A stretch of 9,560 nucleotides of DNA. Origin: a virus (taxonomy: Duplodnaviria > Heunggongvirae > Uroviricota > Caudoviricetes). The DNA lies in IMG/VR virus record IMGVR_UViG_2529292985_000013, positions 1 to 9,560 of that record; one strand, written 5' to 3'. A model generated the notes under the pieces. It worked only from the letters and a program-made list of their open reading frames with translations. It was not told where the DNA came from and did no database searches. The position numbers and the translations under genes are program-made. Below are positions 6,040 to 9,560 of this stretch, piece after piece; positions within the stretch are counted from its first letter, which is position 1; each line of letters starts with the position of its first letter.

Positions 6040-6840
6040 TTAGGCGTCAGCATCCTCCGCTACCTCTGCTTCAACATCAGCCACGGCTTCATCGGACGGT
6101 TCTTCTTTGGCCTGCTCTGCAATCGCCGCACGGCATTTGGCCCTTGCTGTGGCGATTGCTTCAGCACGCACATCATCAGGAATCATTGACGTGATATACA
6201 TATCCAGTTCTTCGGCGCGGAACACTGTTTGGTCCAGATATTCGCGTAGCATCCAGGTAAATTCGAAATCACACGCGATAATCTCTGCGCTACCTTCTGC
6301 ACCATTTGGGAAATGAATAAAAGCCTGTTTAGCCAAACCGATAACACGACATGCGGTTGCCAAAACAGCGGCAACCAGGTTTACATTTTCACACGCTACG
6401 GGCTGATTAACGCCGGAGATTACTCCATTTAACTGTCGGTTATATGGAAGGTAGTTTGAGATGCGTTCTACGCGCCATGTGCCAGTCAGGCTGCCATTCT
6501 TAAAGATAATTGGTGTAACGGATAGCCCAAGCTCGCGTATAAGTCGTTGCGCTATAGCAGGATCATTAAACATGTCTAATGCTACACATTCGAAAGACTG
6601 TGCAAGGGTAAACAGTTCTTCCAGAGAGTAGTCTTTGCCCCTGGCGGTGATGTAACGATGAACGCCGCTTTCTGCATCACTCCATATAGCTACGCCATGC
6701 TCTTCATTCAGCTCTTCATTAAAGCCGAGATACGTCATGATAGTACGTTCAATCGTGTCAAACGGCAGTGACATGTCGGCGTTAACAGCCACCAGCAGGC
6801 CATTACGCAAGCGGTATTGAATTGCTTTAGTATTTTCCAC
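6040..6840 (-). CDS. Hypothetical protein, 266 aa, with strongly acidic Ala/Glu/Asp-rich C-terminal tail
   Basis: Long ORF with GTG start at 6840, 6 nt after the upstream stop, SD-like GGAG 9 nt upstream. No recognisable catalytic motif (no P-loop, no HxH). C-terminal ~40 aa are low-complexity acidic (EEPSDEAVADVEAEVAEDADA). Confidence 0.7.
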   Translation of the reverse strand: MENTKAIQYRLRNGLLVAVNADMSLPFDTIERTIMTYLGFNEELNEEHGVAIWSDAESGVHRYITARGKDYSLEELFTLAQSFECVALDMFNDPAIAQRLIRELGLSVTPIIFKNGSLTGTWRVERISNYLPYNRQLNGVISGVNQPVACENVNLVAAVLATACRVIGLAKQAFIHFPNGAEGSAEIIACDFEFTWMLREYLDQTVFRAEELDMYITSMIPDDVRAEAIATARAKCRAAIAEQAKEEPSDEAVADVEAEVAEDADA

Positions 6841-6846
6841 GTTAAA

Positions 6847-7509
6847 TCACTCCACTACAAACCAGTCACATGCCAGCAAGTCGCCTACAGAAGGCAACCA
6901 CGGAACAACTACACCTTGTGCATTTTTTAAGGCGAAATAAGCACCATACGGAACGAGATCGCCGGGGAAATATCCCTTAATGGCTTCCATTCGTGCCGGG
7001 TACTGTCCTTCAGGAACCAGCCAGCAGAATTGGTTTTCGCCGTTCCACCCGCGCCGGGCAACTTTCTTGCCATCCTTCAGCCACATCAGCGCGTCAGAAA
7101 AGTCGGCTGCTTCAAGGTCGATTTCTTCTTGTAGAGTAGCGATACCGCCAGCAGAAATAGTTACGTCCCTGGCTGTAATGAATGTCACCCCATTGTGACC
7201 TTCAATGCTGAGCGATACCCCATTTTCGGAGGCGTCGTTAACCCGGCTATAGCATTTTTCAAATGCTTTCTCTGGCACATAGACCAGATAGCCATTTTCA
7301 GCAGTGACGAGATATCCTCCTATTTGCGGTCGGAATTTTTCCAAGAACACACCATCAACACGAAGCGTCATTCCTTTTGGCTCAACGACTTCGATACTGC
7401 CAAAAATGGGCGCATAAGCTTTGCCGACAATAACAATATCTTTGATTTTCGATGCCCGAATGATGCTGTGGCATTTGTATTTGGGGAACACCTGAAAAGT
7501 GCTGACCAT
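6847..7509 (-). CDS. Two-domain protein, 220 aa: N-terminal ~135-aa domain of unknown function fused to a C-terminal DUF2829/Tad2-like domain
   Basis: ATG with SD AGGAAGG upstream. The C-terminal ~85 aa (FSDALMWLKDGKKVARRGWNGENQFCWLVPEG...VVVPWLPSVGDLLACDWFVVE) fit my recollection of the DUF2829 pattern (ALxxLKxGKKVxRxGWNG ... WxPSxxDLLAxDW), the family of Thoeris anti-defence Tad2. Confidence 0.75.
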   Translation of the reverse strand: MVSTFQVFPKYKCHSIIRASKIKDIVIVGKAYAPIFGSIEVVEPKGMTLRVDGVFLEKFRPQIGGYLVTAENGYLVYVPEKAFEKCYSRVNDASENGVSLSIEGHNGVTFITARDVTISAGGIATLQEEIDLEAADFSDALMWLKDGKKVARRGWNGENQFCWLVPEGQYPARMEAIKGYFPGDLVPYGAYFALKNAQGVVVPWLPSVGDLLACDWFVVE

Positions 7510-7523
7510 AATCCTTCCTCTAC

Positions 7524-8018
7524 TTAAAACTTTGCGTACTGAAGCGGTGTACGCTTGATTTCAACGCGGTCTTCCGATGTGCTACCAAAGCCACCAGCGC
7601 CTCGCTCTGTTTCATCGAGTTCATCAACTTCTACCAGCGATACCGGTTCAACACGCTCAAAAATGCCTTGCATGACCGCCATTCCTGGCTTGAGGCAAAC
7701 GCCTTCACCACCGGGATCTGTAATCAGTTTTGCCATGATTTCACCGCGATAATCGGAGTCGATAATTCCTACGCAGTTAGCCAGGCGAGTATGTTTTTTG
7801 CAGCCCAATCCGGAACGCGGATAGAGTTTCAGACACCAGCCGGGCGGGATCTCCATAGCCAGTCCGGTGTACACCCACCAGCTTGAGGAAATTGCACCAT
7901 TGCTATCGACACATGGTTTTATTTCAACAGCCTCAAAATCCATCGCCGCCGATCCGGAGGTGGCATAAGCTGGAAGTTTTGCTGCCGGATGTAGGCGTTT
8001 CACTTTTACGTAAATCAT
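7524..8018 (-). CDS. dut: Trimeric dUTPase homologue (deoxyuridine triphosphatase) with divergent motif IV and short C-terminal extension
   Basis: ATG overlaps the upstream stop (ATGA). Motifs: I PAYATSGSAAMDF, II PRSGL, III GIIDSDYRGE, V ERGAGGFGSTS. Motif IV reads GMAVMQ where E. coli Dut has GERIAQ (Arg replaced). About 15 extra residues follow motif V. Confidence 0.85.
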   Translation of the reverse strand: MIYVKVKRLHPAAKLPAYATSGSAAMDFEAVEIKPCVDSNGAISSSWWVYTGLAMEIPPGWCLKLYPRSGLGCKKHTRLANCVGIIDSDYRGEIMAKLITDPGGEGVCLKPGMAVMQGIFERVEPVSLVEVDELDETERGAGGFGSTSEDRVEIKRTPLQYAKF

Positions 8019-8491
8019 TGTTTTTTAGCTCTCTGCGTGAAGGTGTAAACCCGACGTTTGATATGTGGAACGGTAGGAACAGGAATACAGGAACTTTCAA
8101 TAACTCCTTGCTCCTCCAGCGATCGCACCGCCCGCAAGAACTGCGACGTGTCGCCGCCAAACTGGCGGGCATAGGTGCTGCCGTTATGAAGTATTTGAGC
8201 TATTACCCGAGCTTTTGTCTGGCTGTCACGATATGCGAATAGCCGCACGGCCTCTTCTGGCGCAATCGATAACTGATAGCCTTTACCGGCACGGTGTCGA
8301 ATGAATCCATGCGCCAGTAGGTTTTTGAGTTCGTTACGAGTGCGAACAGATCCGTAATCCAGGAAGTGTGGATTGATAACGACTGGCTTAAACCATTCCG
8401 TAGGTGCTTTAGCTAATAGAGCTAACAGCTTCCCGGACAATCCTGGATAGGAAGACGGGTAACAATTCAGAGATGGGTAATAAGTTTTCAC
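8015..8491 (-). CDS. Hypothetical protein, 158 aa, possible winged-helix DNA-binding segments; no internal Met
   Basis: GTG start overlapping the upstream stop (GTGA), preceded by AGGGGG. The protein has no internal Met, so a non-ATG start is obligatory. Segments LLALLAKAPTEW...RTRNELKNLLAHGFIRH and STYARQFGGDTSQFLRAVRSLEEQGVIES look like HTH/winged-helix recognition regions (inference). Confidence 0.6.
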   Translation of the reverse strand: MKTYYPSLNCYPSSYPGLSGKLLALLAKAPTEWFKPVVINPHFLDYGSVRTRNELKNLLAHGFIRHRAGKGYQLSIAPEEAVRLFAYRDSQTKARVIAQILHNGSTYARQFGGDTSQFLRAVRSLEEQGVIESSCIPVPTVPHIKRRVYTFTQRAKKQ

Positions 8492-8844
8492 CGACGCCCC
8501 CTTGCCGGATATCGACCTGCATTAGTATCCGGTGCAATAAAGCCGGTAGTGGGGCGAGTGAAAGCGAGATTAATCTTCTCGACCATAGTGCGATAATTTT
8601 CCTGATAGTGGGCCAGGAGTTTTTCGGCGGCAATGATGGTTACTTTCCGGACGTAGCTTTCTGCTTCCTCCAGATTTCGCCAGTTTTTTTCGAGGGTAAA
8701 CACAGGGACGGCCTCAAGCCCGGTCATGATGCCGAATACAACGACAGCATGACTGTTCTTAACACCAGCGGCGAAGGTTACGGTGTAACCATCCACCGTG
8801 AAGCGTCTTGATTCCGTGATTTGACTCTGCAAAGCACCCTCCAA
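8488..8844 (-). CDS. Small hypothetical protein, ~114-118 aa, first gene of the leftward operon
   Basis: Frame is open only from TTG at 8844 (in-frame stop 6 codons further upstream); no ATG is available. A second TTG at 8832 sits 5 nt after a GGAGGG SD-like sequence and may be the true start. Function unknown. Confidence 0.5.
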   Translation of the reverse strand: MEGALQSQITESRRFTVDGYTVTFAAGVKNSHAVVVFGIMTGLEAVPVFTLEKNWRNLEEAESYVRKVTIIAAEKLLAHYQENYRTMVEKINLAFTRPTTGFIAPDTNAGRYPARGRR

Positions 8845-8905
8845 AATAGGCGAGGGTACTTTACAGCAAAGATATCAATCTAAAAAGATGTGTTAGAAAT
8901 TTAAT

Positions 8906-9560
8906 TTACGAATCCATCAAGCGGCTATTAGCCCCCACAGACACACCGCCACGGCGCAGATACCGCATAAGTGTTTCCGGTTTCTTCCAGGTTCCTTCCT
9001 GCATGATCTCCACCATAGACACCTGCTTTTCAGCCATATCGATAGCGGCCCCGACACGAGCACTATGCCCGGTCCACGTCCGGTATCTCCCTTTGTTTGG
9101 CGCGGCATCCCTTTTATTCAGCAACACCCAGGCGTCGCTGAATATTTTCTCCATTGCAGGTGCAGTAAGGGGCGTTGTCGTAATCCTGGCCTTATTGCTA
9201 CGGTGTATCGGCGGGAACAGCACCGCGTCAGGATGTTCACGAAGCCCGGAAACATCCAGCCAGTCATTCAGCACAGCAGTAGTGCGACGGGAAAGCACCT
9301 TATCAAGCCCGGCGGCGGTCGTTATTGTCTTCGTGTGTGAAATATGTAGCGTGACAGTGTCACCTGTTTGGTCCAGATCTCCTACACGAATACGCGAGAT
9401 TTCCGACATACGCATCAGCGTATTGTATGCAACAAAGAGAAAAGCCCGGTTGCGCTGGTCCACCAGCCGTTCTGACCTGGACAGCAGGACGTCGAGCAGT
9501 TTCAGGTCGTCCCACCGCAACGGTATAGCCTGGCCTGTTCGCTCGCCTTTTTCCGTTGCC
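8906..9560 (-). CDS. Cre-family tyrosine recombinase, C-terminal catalytic part; 5' end beyond the window
   Basis: Frame stays open to the window edge upstream of the track's TTG at 9520. Translation aligns with P1 Cre (recalled) over the catalytic domain: RAFLFVAYNTLMRMSEISRIRV vs RNLAFLGIAYNTLLRIAEIARIRV, GHSARVGAA (His/Arg box), and conserved Trp/Tyr (TWKKPETLMRYLR). Roughly 45-50 percent identity by eye, so it is not P1 Cre itself. Confidence 0.85.
   Translation of the reverse strand, partial: ATEKGERTGQAIPLRWDDLKLLDVLLSRSERLVDQRNRAFLFVAYNTLMRMSEISRIRVGDLDQTGDTVTLHISHTKTITTAAGLDKVLSRRTTAVLNDWLDVSGLREHPDAVLFPPIHRSNKARITTTPLTAPAMEKIFSDAWVLLNKRDAAPNKGRYRTWTGHSARVGAAIDMAEKQVSMVEIMQEGTWKKPETLMRYLRRGGVSVGANSRLMDS

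Noticed and set aside
5746-6316. ORFs 5746..5949 (-), 5778..5999 (-), 5953..6189 (+), 6107..6316 (+), 6183..6374 (-) overlapping doc, the hairpin or the 266-aa gene
   Set aside because: They overlap the Doc gene or the 3' end of the 266-aa minus-strand gene and cross the inter-operon hairpin; no RBS, low-complexity translations.
6980-8242. + strand ORFs 6980..7198, 7195..7527, 7555..7752, 7668..7886, 7883..8242 across the leftward operon
   Set aside because: All antisense to minus-strand genes that are tightly coupled and include a motif-supported dUTPase; translations are Ser/Pro/Arg-rich shadow-like.
8888-8898. 11-mer ATGTGTTAGAA repeated at 367-377 and 8888-8898, considered as a shared regulator site
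   Set aside because: In a 9.56-kb window about 11 exact 11-mer repeats are expected by chance (N^2/2 / 4^11). The second copy lacks an inverted partner, so no case for a common operator without conservation data.
8409-9340. ORFs 8409..8633 (-), 8473..8811 (+), 8917..9108 (-), 9065..9340 (+)
   Set aside because: Alternative frames or antisense to the 118-aa gene and to the Cre-like recombinase gene, whose frame is supported by catalytic-motif alignment.
1-9560. tRNA, rRNA, CRISPR array, IS element or att site
   Set aside because: Coding density is high throughout; no cloverleaf-like conserved tRNA segments, no regularly spaced direct repeats and no transposase-like ORF with terminal inverted repeats were seen. 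Cannot fully exclude a small RNA without a covariance-model scan.

Overview
Dense phage or phage-plasmid gene block, apparently enterobacterial. Left two-thirds (3..5956, + strand): the 3' end of a PPP-family Ser/Thr phosphatase gene, a run of tightly packed and often translationally coupled hypothetical phage genes, an intrinsic terminator, a lipoprotein gene, a DNA pol III theta homologue (hot), a LexA-boxed gene for an N-terminally pre-truncated UmuD' mimic (humD-like) and a phd-doc toxin-antitoxin pair. From memory this gene content and order resembles the bacteriophage P1 family. Right third (6040..9560, - strand): a convergent five-gene operon (acidic-tailed unknown protein, a two-domain protein with a DUF2829/Tad2-like C-terminal domain, a trimeric dUTPase homologue, a Met-free winged-helix-like protein, a small unknown protein), then the 3' part of a Cre-family tyrosine recombinase clearly diverged from P1 Cre. 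No rRNA, tRNA, CRISPR array or IS element was recognised. The leftward cargo operon is not explained by P1 biology as I recall it and is my main candidate for something new (counter-defence or nucleotide-related module). All family assignments come from motif reading and recall, not from searches.
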